A program made the position numbers and the translations under genes. Positions 52,306 to 63,683 of a stretch of 64,000 nt of DNA are shown here, in pieces. The DNA is from Podarcis vaucheri (taxonomy: Eukaryota): the NCBI GenBank assembly GCA_965113315.1, contig OZ220365.1. One strand, 5' to 3'. The notes below the pieces were generated by a model that saw nothing but the letters and a program-made list of their open reading frames with translations, did not search any database and was not told the origin of the DNA. Each line of letters begins with the position of its first letter. The first letter of the stretch is position 1.

Positions 52306-53776
52306 CTCTACAGCAACATAACCACTCCCTCCCTATCAACTTTCCAGGTAGGCTCTTTATACTGGCTCAGTCTCTCACAGCAAATGGTGTTAATCAACTT
52401 TAGAACACTCAAAAATGTTGCTACCCAGATTTTCATTCTGGGCAGCAAAAAGCAAACATGCCACATTTGAGTGACTACCTAATAAGGCACCACTCGTTTC
52501 ATCCAACCTGATAATAAGGTTAACAAAAACTAAACTAAAAGGGGTGGTGTCTTCTCCATCCACCACTATGTTCACACACACACTACTACTACTACCATGT
52601 AAGGGAAAGGGAAAGGTTTTTGGGGTGCTTATTATGAGGATTTGGGGGATGAGACAGAAACCAGTAATTCATTTCTAGCTCAGATTATGATCCAGATTGG
52701 ATAAGAAGCTGGGGACATTCAAATATGTCCTCTCCTTTGAAGCATGTATTTCATAGTTATCTGAGCCTGAGCTTGGAGATATTTGCTGACATACAGTTCT
52801 GGAGAAGCCAGATCATAATGCTGGGTCCTGGATTGGTCTCCAACACCTCTGCCTCTGGTGTCAGTGGTCTGATAGAGCTGGCCAGCTCCCTTCTCATCTG
52901 AGTCTGGACTCGAGTTGCTGCTTATGTATCCTAACAAACATGCACACACGCACCACCTTGGATCATGAAATACTTTCTCTGTTGCCACTGAACACAACAG
53001 AAAAGATGTTTTGTCTTGACACGTTTATTTAAAAAGCGCAGATCTTTAGCTGCATCATTATGTCAATCAAAAACACCCCCAAAAAGAACAAAGAACTCCA
53101 AGATGATTCACTTTCTCAGATGAAAGATGGCCATGATTATTCACTGCTTCCTTACCTTGAGATGAAGCGTTCCCCTGCTCTGCACATAAAAATTAAAAGG
53201 GGCTAATTAGAGGAGACCATAAGATAAAGCACATAGAAGACCTTTATAATTAAACATCCATTTTAGTGCATCAATCATCATGTAATTGGTTATTTAATAG
53301 CAGCTGTCCAAAACTTTGGCAGGACATCTTTATGGGCCAATATTGTTCTTGTCATTTTCCAGGGTTTGTTTATTTTTAATTCTGTATATCAACATGCTTT
53401 AGATTCATTGGCCAGAGTCCAGCACAGTTATGTGCCCTTGAGCAACATTGAGCTTAAGTATTGTATTTGAAGGTTTAACTTTCTGTGAGGTTGTTGTTTT
53501 TTCAAGTTAAATTTTGTTTTCTTGCAAACCACTCTGAGCAAGGATCATGACTTTTTCCTAAATACATAAATAAGTAGACTGCCAAGAGCTTAGGAGTAGC
53601 AAAATGTACCTTTGATTGTGCCCATTTTCCTGTACATTTCTATCATATGTATAGAAAAAAACTTTTAGCGCTCCTGGGAAATACACCCAATCAATCAAGC
53701 AGGCACCATGTGTACATATGTTGCTTTTCCTCACATGGCACACACTTGCACTGTTTGCCACAACATTGCATTAGAG

Positions 53777-54105
53777 CAGATGTTTTCAACTTTTTTGGGT
53801 CTATGGCTCCCTTAACCAACTACATTCTTTCTGCGGCATCCCCTGTGGGGCTCAGGAGCCCAGTTATGTCACCCCTTGCCAACAGAGCCAGCAGTCCCTC
53901 ACCCTTTTTCAAACACTCGTCCCTTGTGTAAAATTCCCTCAACCTCCTCTCTCTCTCCCCCCCTTTTCTTGGGAGTCCTCTGGGCAGCCGCTGCTGCCCC
54001 TGGAGTCTGAGACACAAGAAGGCGTCAAACGGGCGAGGGAAGGAAAGAGGGACAGAGGCCAGTGTTGCCTGCAGGGTGCCACAGCACACTGGTTGAAAAC
54101 CATTG
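53777..54105. mobile_element. hAT (Charlie-like) non-autonomous DNA transposon
   Basis: TIR cagatgttttcaac / gttgaaaaccattg; 8-bp TSD cattagag/catttgag. Confidence 0.8.
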
Positions 54106-56021
54106 CATTTGAGGATAGTGTTTTCTAAGCTAGCCTGCTGCCCTCAGATCCAGGTGGTGGCATTTAGGGGAGCACATATTCAGTCAGTGTCAGTTTCTCA
54201 TGTGACCAACAGATAGCCAGTTCTGTCCTATTTCACACACTTGAGTGGAAATATTACATTTGACAAGGTGGTCAGAGGGGTTTCATTCATTCCAACATCT
54301 TTTACAGGTTAGAGCCATATGAGGCAGCTAGAAAGTGCAGGAGCGACTTGGAAAATCCTGCCAAATATGCCCCTTGGAGCAAAAGTACATATTGATGTGC
54401 TGGACCTTCCAGAGACATTGCAAGTGATAGGCAGGGAGGAGAGATGGGGGCAGCTATTGCTTTCCTTACATGTGTGGGCTTTCCATGTCTTCCCTAACCA
54501 CTCCATGCAGCTTTAACCCATTTAAGAAAGGAGGAAAGGGTACAAATGCAGATCTCAATCCACCTTGTAGAATCTGCATGAGGTGAAGGTTCTGATGTAT
54601 GCCACTTCTGATCCACAAATTGATTCAGGGCCTGTATATCGGAGGAGTTCACTTTCGAATGTGGGCTCCTCAAAGTCTGCAGTCATTTGCAAGGATCATG
54701 TTGCATTGCCTGTAATGAAATAATATCCAGCTGCCAGTCATTTGGCTTCTGTATGTGAAATGGGAGGGGAGGGCACCAAGTTGTCCTTTTGCCTCAGGTG
54801 AGATGTCATCACCTGGGTCAGTGGCGGTGCTTCATGCTCCGGCACCAGGGGGCAGAGAGCAGGCGGGGGTGGGGCTGGCACCCCACCGGGATCATGCTGC
54901 TGGGGGCGGTGTGCTACCGCCACACTCCTCTTCCTCCGCCAGTGACCTGGGTTCCTCTCACATGGAGTAGCAAAGGACTGAAACACATATCTCTACTGCA
55001 ACCACTGTATCCCAAGAACTCAATGTTATTTGTTTTTAATGGCATCTTAAGAACTTTCTACCAATGTCTGAATCTCAGACAAATTGAAGACTGTGGCAGA
55101 TTTCCCGCCCCCCCCCCCATTCTGTGTCTCTTAAATTAAGATACATTATCTCTCAAAGGGCTCTTTGTAATGATATGCTGGTATCTGATGTATGAAGCAT
55201 CACTCCACAGTCCTTGATATTGTTGCTTGAGAAGTTTAAGAATGCCGGCATCAAGATTTTAAAATATTTATCAGCTTAAACCCTGTCAGTTTTCTCTGGA
55301 GACTGTCACCTAGAGAAGTGATGTGGATGTAATGCCTTTTATTGGTATTGTTCCTATTAAATCAATTGTAGCTGACAGGGCTTACTCTGAAAGCTATTGT
55401 GCCATTGGTATTCTGTGTGGAGAAGAATGACAATAATTATTGTTTTTGATGGGACCATTGGTTTCCAGTGGAATGTAACCAAGAGCTCTAGGCTGGATGT
55501 TGCTTTTCTGCAAAACATTTCCCTTGAATACTTTTGCTTTAAAGAAAGTGCAGTCTCTTTTTTCTGTGAAGTTTTTCCAGATCACTCTTCAACTATTGTT
55601 TTATTGGGCTTTATTTCTGTCATTTCTGCTTGCTTCTTTGTTATGGTTTAGGTTCCAGAATAACAAAACTGATTTCCCTGCAGGAAACATGGTAAATTCT
55701 CAGTCAGATGCGTATTAATTTTGCTGTCCATGTTTTCCCTTGTTAACTAATCTTTAAATCTGCAGTTCACTTTCATTGTCAGATGTGTTCTTTTTTATTT
55801 GTTAAATGTGATATTTTTAAAATGCAATATTGATATTCAGCAATAATATTTAACAGCAAAAAGTTGGTTCCAGTTTACATGAACAGCTTCTCAAACACAA
55901 GGGGATGATCAAAGAAGACATTAAAAACAAGTGCAATCTTACTTACCATGTTTACTCAGACGCTACCCTGAGTTCTATAGGACTACTCCCCGGGGCAGTA
56001 TAGATAGGATTGCAGGCAAAG

Positions 56022-56077
56022 TACAGGGTGATTCAGAATAAATAGAAACTGTATACTTCATTCTGAATCACCCTGTA
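56022..56077. mobile_element. Tiny Tc1/mariner-derived hairpin element
   Basis: 18-bp perfect inverted repeat tacagggtgattcagaat / attctgaatcaccctgta including terminal TA. Confidence 0.7.
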
Positions 56078-59000
56078 TATGGATTTACATTAACAAGAAG
56101 TATTGCATTCACAACAAATTGCATTCAGGCAAAAGTATTGCATTCACCTTCCGCTAAACATTGCAAATTTCATTTTTAGGCACATTCCTAACTGCTACTT
56201 ATCTATGAATCAAATATTTGTATATTCTGTGTCTGTTCATAAATATCAAAAAGCCCTGCTGGATCAGACCAAGGCCCATCTAAGTCTAGAATCCTGTTCA
56301 GACAGCGGCCAACAAGATGCCTATGGGAAGCCCACAAGCGGGAACTGAATGCAATAGCACTATCCTCTCCTGTGTTTTCCAGTAGCTGGTGTGGCTGGGG
56401 CTGATGGGTAGTGCACAACATCTGGAGGAATCAGTGTTGTCCACCCCGCCTTGAAAACACATGCAGACGATTATTTTATATACAGAGAGATGAGTTGTAT
56501 TTCCTATAATATTGAAATATAACCATTTCTCCACTCTTTTCCCCCGGGCATGGATTGATTGCACACCCAAAATTGAACTCCTCAAATATAGGCCCACACT
56601 AGAGGTTTATCCTTCTGTCATTCAGGCGATTATAGGTGAAAGTGCCCTTTGTCTTTTTTATCAGTAAATAATAAGTCTGATGGTTTGAGAAAGAGTCTTA
56701 TCTGACATCTTTACTTATGGTCCTATTCATTTCAGTTGACTCATTGTATCATAACAGCGCTTTCCAGTATTTCCCCATCAATTTATAATGTTTTTCCTAT
56801 GACTCCTGCCACAGGTTCATTGTTATCCTGTCAAACACCACTCTATGTAAGCATTCTTTGTAAGAAAAGACTCGTTCTGTTTATCGATGCTGCTATCATT
56901 CACACCATCATCATTCTAAGAAGCCTCAGTCACATGCGTCTTACTTTAGCAGGCTTAGAATTCAAGCTTATGGTAGATGGGTAAGAAAAGGTGAGGGAAG
57001 AGTCTCACAAAAAATCAGCTGCAACTTTGCAAAGCATAGTCCCCTGCAGCAACACAGCTCTTTGGGGAACTTGATCTGCTGGGGACAAAATTCTTCAGTC
57101 CCCTATGGCAGCTCCCAAAGGCCTGTGAGCCTGGTATCCTGCAAGAGGGTCACACAATGATATGATATCTCATCCCATCTAAAATCCCATACATTTCAGA
57201 GAGACAAATGCTGTGATGAAGTAAATGATGTGCCTGAATTGGGCCAATTTGTGGGGATCTGGAGTTGTGGGGAGACAGGTCAAGATAGCCGCAGATTACT
57301 CTAGGATGGGCCAGGCCACCTGGAACAATCCAAGGCTGTCAGAGAAGGAAGTATTGGGCGCAAAAGTTGCAGGGGTCCAACCATACCTCAGCAAGATTGA
57401 ATCTTCTGCTCACCAGCTGGAGAGTGGATGATTCAATCCTGTGGGCTGCAGAGTGCTCCTTCATAAGCACCTTCTCAGCTGGTGAGTGAGGCACTCGCAA
57501 GACACTTGCAAAGCTGCACCCAGCAGGATTGAACCCTCCTGATCTCATTTAGGAGGGGAGGAAGAAGAGGCACCATCTCTTTCTTCCACAACTCTATGTT
57601 TATGTTGGTGTTTCAGTAACCCTCATTAAACATTAGCACCACACCCAGCCAAGACTGGGTGCTCCCTAGATTGGTCTGGCTGAGGTATACAGCCCTAGTG
57701 CTTAAGAATCAAATCAAATAAGCCACATAAACCTTCCAGAAACTGTCCACAACTCTGTGAGCTGGAAAAAAGCTTTGGTATTATAGAATTAGTGTCTGTC
57801 CTTCTGCTGGTGCAAGAGATGGGGTCAGGTTGCAGCCTGTTTGCTAATGGAGGAGCTGTCCATTGTGCTGACACTAAGAATTAGCTCATAGAACCAGTCA
57901 TGAGAGCCTGAATATCTCTTTCTTTATTGCCCATAAGACTAGGGAGCACTTGAAGGAATAACAGAAAGATAGATGGTTATTCTTCCCTTAACTTTCATAT
58001 AGATTGTGGAAGATGTTTTCCACTAAGACTCCAAGATTAATTCCAGTGCCAGATATTGAATATCTTTAGTATTTTGTTCAGTGCCCTAAAAGAAAGCATA
58101 ATGATTGATGAAAAAGTTTGGAGATATGACAAAAATAAATAGAGAGGTAAATTATGATTGATGAGTGCAAGGCAGTTATATAAAATAATCTAGATGGTTT
58201 TCTTAGCCTGCACCCTATCTGAATTTTCTTTTCTAAAGTTAAGGGTCCTATCTCCCAAAGTGGAACCAGAAAAGGTCATAAAATGGAATCATCAAGGGCT
58301 ATGGCACAGTGTGACAGCCAAAAATGACCTCTTCATGGTGAGCAATTTCCACCAAGGTCATAATGCTTACAATAGGCCTATGAAACATGTTTCCTACCCA
58401 GCCTAACACATCTCATCAGTCATATATGGCACACTTCAGTGTCTTGATAAACTTTCTCGTTTTAACAGCCAGAATGTGACTGGGAGAAAAGGAAAAAATG
58501 TAGGTTTGCCAAGCACCTAGCAGACCACAATATTGATTGGACTCTGTTAGGCTTAGCGGCTTACAATGTTACAAGCCTAATTGAGAATCCCTTCTTATGC
58601 TGAGTTGAATTACACAGTGTAGACATTCATGCTTCTTGAAAGCATGATGCATGGGTGTGGATATCTCACACGGGTAAGATCCACACCAAGCTCTCATAGC
58701 ACATATAAGTAGCAAATTCCTGCTTCCTGTAATTGTTGCTTTTCTTTATTTTGAATGCCAGTCCTGAGATTGCTAGCTTGGTTTTTCAAGGGGCATGCAA
58801 CCCTGTCCAGAATAGGCTGTTATGGTGATTATTGATATTTTTATTAATAATTATTAATAAATAAAGTATTGTTAATATTTTTATTACTAATGTTCTTAGC
58901 AACTTGCTTCTAGACCACAGAGAAGCAGAAGATCTTGTAAATCTTTGAAAGCAAATGTGATACCGATTTCATTATGTCTGAGTTCTTCTCTTCAGTGCAT

Positions 59001-60864
59001 CCCACATTGCTCAAATGTTCACCTGTCAACCTCGTCCCTCTCTTGAGTAGAATAGATTATGTTTAGTGAACACTTATTTCAGTGGTAAAGCTGATATACT
59101 TTCACTGTATTGTGTACAGTATAAATAATGGTGGACTTGTCTTTTTCCTGCAGCAGAGATGTTTTCTGAAAACAAAGAAGATTTGCCACATCCACAGCAG
59201 AAGAAAGAACAAAGTAGTTAGTGTTCTTAATGTGCACAGATAGACATACATAAGCATGAAGGAGATTAAGAGACAAGATGTAGAAATTTGAAGGAAGACT
59301 CTCAATTGCAAACAGCCTGGACTTCAAGTGAGACCTCATTAGAGCCCATTGCTAGTTGCAGCTGCTCATTCAGGAAAACGTTATTTGGAATCTGAAGCAG
59401 AAATATCTCCAGTGGCAGCAGAAAAATCCCACTGTAGACTGACTTTTCCTCCCTCCCTCCCTCTATATATATCCTGCATGCATAGATATCCACATATCCA
59501 CACATTTTTCCATTTTAGCTTGTGAAGGTAAGCAAATAACATGGGAATTTTCTGTCACTGATGAAAATTCATTGAGGATATGGTCTGTCAACAACTGTGC
59601 TAACAACTCTGAGGCACATACATTAATCTAAATAGCCGGCTGAGGGCAGAGGGATGCAAGGCACTTACAAGACCGCAATTTTCCAACCCCTTTAGGTCTT
59701 CGGGAACTGAAGCTCGAATTGAGTTAGGAATAGGAAGCAATTAAGAGAACAGAGCTGACATGTTACCACATGTGATTTTAAATAGTATCTTGGGGAATAA
59801 ATATTTTCTGATTTCCTTGTCACCAGTGATAGGTTTTTAATGACCCATTTATGAATAGTCTAAGAAGTTAGGTCGGTATATATGCTCCAGGGAGCCTTCA
59901 CCACAGAAGACAGTGTCTAACAAGAGAAGGTATCACAGACCAGCCAGTGTATGGTCTTGAGGCCTAGTTACTCTGAGTTTTGCTTCATCCATTGTTAATT
60001 GCTTTTTGTTGAGTGGGTTTAGATAAACTTGTATTTATCAACCCTCCACATTTTCCATCCCTTGGGGGGGGGATCTCGATACTACTTTGACTTTGCTAGT
60101 ACTTTTTGGGTTGTGTGGAATAAAACAAGGCATTTTTCAAGACTAGTTATGAATAGAAACTGAATGTCGTTTTATGAAGAAAAGCCTCAAAAATATGTTT
60201 ACTGTGCTAGCCGTGATCTTTGAGACATCCCTGGAAGCTGATATGTGACCTGCTTGCTCACCCACACAACATTTGTTAGTTTAGTTTACTGTATTAGCTT
60301 TGTTAATTGCTTCTCAGTGGAAGTCCTGGAGCAATTTACAAAACAAAAAAGTAAAAAACAACAAAAAATACAGACGATACACTATAAATTCAAAAATACA
60401 TTTAATCAATGGGAATAATACAAATAGACTGCTGTGTTTGTCCCAAAAGCTGTCCAAAAGCATAAACAATATTCCCCTCTGAAATATAAAGACAAATCAG
60501 AATATCTAGTTGAATGATACTTTGGGAATACAGCCTGGGACCAGAGGGAAAATTCTACCTTGATCCTTGGTAATGTGATCTGAAAAGCAGCAGAGAAGAC
60601 AGACAGAGACTGTTTAAACCACACTGGCCTTAAATGGATGGTGACAACATTAATTTTATGTTGCATTTGCTGAAGGAGATGGCATGTAGCCTTTCCCTTG
60701 AAGATTGATATGGCATTTTTGCTTTATCTGTGAATATTTTTTGTTCAGTACATCTTTTTGGGGGGGGGTGTCCCACACCATTTCTATACAGAAGAAACAA
60801 TGTCAAACAGGCACCAAAAGTCAGGGCACTATGCTAAAGTCACCACCTTGCACCAGAAAGATGT

Positions 60865-61015
60865 TAAAGTTGGTCCAGGAGAGAACATTTCACAACTGGA
60901 GGGGGCTACCACAGAAAAGGCCACTCACCCAAGCATCTTTCAGCAAGGGCACACAAAGAAGGTCCTTAGATGTTGATCTCAGGGTCCAGGTAGGTTTATA
61001 TAGGGAAAGGGATGC
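60865..61015 (-). mobile_element. Degraded L2-clade fragment
   Basis: Similar to 13850-14010 (gctaccacagaaaaggcc...agaaggtcctta). Confidence 0.55.
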
Positions 61016-61295
61016 ATTTTAATTCTTTAATTAAAATCTGGATAACTCATATCCTATCATCTTCTTTCTCTCTCTTTCATTCTTCTCTTCTCAGTTTCTG
61101 CATATCTCCAAGTTACTTGAGCTGAAAATAGAAGGCCACATCAATAGCATCCTCCACATAATGGTTTATGTTCATATCCTATAACCTTAGAAGAATGAGA
61201 TCCCATATTGGATCTAGAAATGTACTGACCAAACAACAATTGCATAGCTTTATATTTGTGTATTTGCCTCTATTTCGTTAATTTAACTGCAGAAT

Positions 61296-61299
<4 letters not shown>

Positions 61300-61354
<55 letters not shown>
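61300..61354. repeat. (TA)n microsatellite
   Basis: Direct inspection. Confidence 0.98.
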
Positions 61355-61358
<4 letters not shown>

Positions 61359-61756
61359 TCATTTAAAAACTTCAACCTTGGGTCCTTGATGTTGGTTTCC
61401 CCTTCTACGCTGTCCAGCGGTACCCATAAGGACAGACAGAATGGGAAAATGTCCAGCAATGGAAGTCAGTTTCTGCACAGTTTATGCCACACTTGCCAGC
61501 ACAGAACTTTGTGTTTATCACTATGCACCCTAAATTAAAACAAACTTCACAGGAAAAGCTGCATTTGTATTTGCAGAACCTTTTTAATGCTCTGAATGTG
61601 TATATATTAATGTGGAAGAAGAGGAAATTAATTTGACATAAATCAGATAACAAAACAAACAGCGATTTACCAAGTTCACAAGAAATCACATTATAATGAT
61701 CTTTCAGTAAGCAAATTCTCACTTGGAAGTAATTACATGCAATCCTTATGTAGAAT

Positions 61757-62512
61757 TGTCAGGGGTTCAGGAGCAGAGGCGAGGGCAAGGGAGGAAACAG
61801 AGAGCGAGGGGGAGGAGGCAGAAGAAAGGATGAGTGACGACGACGACCCGAGATCTCCGAGTCTGTCCAGTGAATCAGAAGATTCACAAAGAGGAGCACC
61901 AGTGGCAAGGGCAAGGGGGGAGACTAGGGGGACACCCCAGGAAGAAAGAGCCAGAGGGGACTCAGAGGGGAGCAGTTGGAGATCGGGACCTACGTCACCG
62001 CCAGAGAGTAGGGAAGAGGAAGAGCGCCTGGGAACTAGCGCTGGCAGCTCACAACAGGAGGGAGGGCACGAGTCAGGAGTGGCCACACCTTCATCGGGGA
62101 GCGAAGTGACGGTTAGACGGAAAGTGGAAGGTTGGGCGCGCGCGCCAAGTTCAAATGCACAGGAAGGTGGCGCAGTAGGCAGCCCGGAAAGAGAGCCAGG
62201 TCCTAAAGCCCGGCGCAAGGAGACAGGGGAGTCAGGGGGGTCAGCGTCAGAAGAATCCCGGAAGGGAGAGACCCAGGGGGGCAGAGGGACCCAGAGGAGA
62301 ACTGTCAGGCGGAAAAGGTGGAGCAGGGCTAGGATATTAAGTTGGTGCGCAAGGGGCGGAGACTCAGAAGGAGCTTCGCCGACCTAAGCATAAGGCGTAG
62401 GGTTGCACGCAGCAGCTCAAGAATGGAGACTGTAACTCAATAAAGACTTTTAATCAACAACCGCTGGCTAGCGTGATCCTCTGTGAGCTAGGATCTGGAA
62501 GTAACCCTGACA
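61757..62512 (+). repeat. 5' LTR (756 bp)
   Basis: TGTCAGGG...CCCTGACA termini; TATA-like TATTAA at 62335-62340; AATAAA at 62439-62444. Confidence 0.92.
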
Positions 62513-62514
62513 GT

Positions 62515-62525
62515 AAGCTCCTTCT
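62515..62525 (+). promoter_or_regulatory. Self-priming primer-binding site (Tf1/sushi type)
   Basis: aagctccttct is the exact reverse complement of LTR 62366-62376 agaaggagctt; no TGG tRNA-type PBS after the LTR. Confidence 0.85.
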
Positions 62526-62606
62526 CTTCAAATTGTGGACATCCACGACCTCGCGGAGAGGAGGGAAAGCGGGTGCCTACAAGAAAGCTCACGAACGGTA
62601 GACAAT

Positions 62607-63683
62607 ATGACGGCCGAACAGCAAATAACGGAACTCAGAGACGCGGTTTCACGACTGACTGCCGAGGCGGTGGCGTCCAGGAAGAGAGAGGAGGACGCAG
62701 CGGCCGCCTACAGGGATCTCCAGGTCAGGTTGGACGTGCTTACGAAGCAGGGGCAACAGACACCCAAATCAGAGGGGATTGGGTTGGGGAGACGCACAGG
62801 CAGTCTGGTCTCGCACTTCGATGGGAATTTGCAACAGTACCCCAATTTTAGAGCAGACGTAATGTGTGCACTACAACTACTGCACAAAGACTTTAGAGAT
62901 GAACAAGAGAAAGTGGGGTTCATCATGTCCCATTTGCATGGAGACGCTAAAGCATGGCTGCGCAATTTGTGGAGGGATAAGGATCCTGCGCTCCAAAATG
63001 CGGACGCCTTTATTAAAGCGATGGATGGCTGTTTTTTATCAAGCATTGACGTGGATCTTGCCCGAAGGGAGGTGCACGGACTAAGACAAGGGAGGGCCAG
63101 CGTACGGCAATATCATGCCCGCTTTTTCGCTTTGGTCAGTGCCCTGGAATGGGACAGAGATTCGGCTCCCGTCAGAGACCTTTTTTGGGAGGGCTTGAAC
63201 AGCTCGGTGAAAGATGAGATTGCGAGGGGGGAGAGACCCCGGACCACGCAGGAGATCGTTCAGAGGGCGCTGGCGGTGGGAGTGCGGCTGGAAGAACGTC
63301 CGTGGAGCAGGGACGAAGGGCGCAGCGGGCGCGAACCAGCCAGGGGCTCCTCCTTCCTTCCCAGAGAAGCAGCGCGTGCGCAATCCACGCCCCCAACAGG
63401 GGGAGGGGTGGAACCGATGGAGGTTGGGAGTGCAAGGGCTCAGTCAGCAGCCAGAGCCCTAGCACCGGCAGCAGTGAAAGCGAAGCCTCCTAGAGGGAAC
63501 AGGAAGTGTTACATCTGCGAGGATCCAGGCCATTTGGCGAAAGAGTGTCCCCGGAGGCTCCACAAGCACACTGCAGCCTCAGCAATGGTGACTGCAGCAA
63601 CGCAGCAAGGAGAACCACAGCAGGGAAACGACGATGTCTGGCTGGAAGAGGAGGCACTGGGGCCCAGCCAGACGTGTCAGTGA
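62607..63683 (+). CDS. gag: Retrotransposon Gag (PEG10/RTL-like capsid plus CCHC zinc knuckle)
   Basis: First ATG at 62607; N-terminal coiled-coil-like segment; FDGNLQQYPNF, KVGFIMSHLHGDAKAW, LRQGRASVRQYHARF, CYICEDPGHLAKEC. Confidence 0.93.
   Translation: MTAEQQITELRDAVSRLTAEAVASRKREEDAAAAYRDLQVRLDVLTKQGQQTPKSEGIGLGRRTGSLVSHFDGNLQQYPNFRADVMCALQLLHKDFRDEQEKVGFIMSHLHGDAKAWLRNLWRDKDPALQNADAFIKAMDGCFLSSIDVDLARREVHGLRQGRASVRQYHARFFALVSALEWDRDSAPVRDLFWEGLNSSVKDEIARGERPRTTQEIVQRALAVGVRLEERPWSRDEGRSGREPARGSSFLPREAARAQSTPPTGGGVEPMEVGSARAQSAARALAPAAVKAKPPRGNRKCYICEDPGHLAKECPRRLHKHTAASAMVTAATQQGEPQQGNDDVWLEEEALGPSQTCQ
63623..63682 (+). promoter_or_regulatory. -1 programmed ribosomal frameshift signal (G GGA AAC plus pseudoknot)
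   Basis: Slippery heptamer at 63623-63629 in the correct phase, 6-nt spacer, stem 63636-63645/63664-63673, second stem 63655-63659/63678-63682. Confidence 0.88.

Noticed and set aside
62535-62606. GTG start extending gag by 24 codons
   Set aside because: The first ATG at 62607 is the more plausible eukaryotic start.
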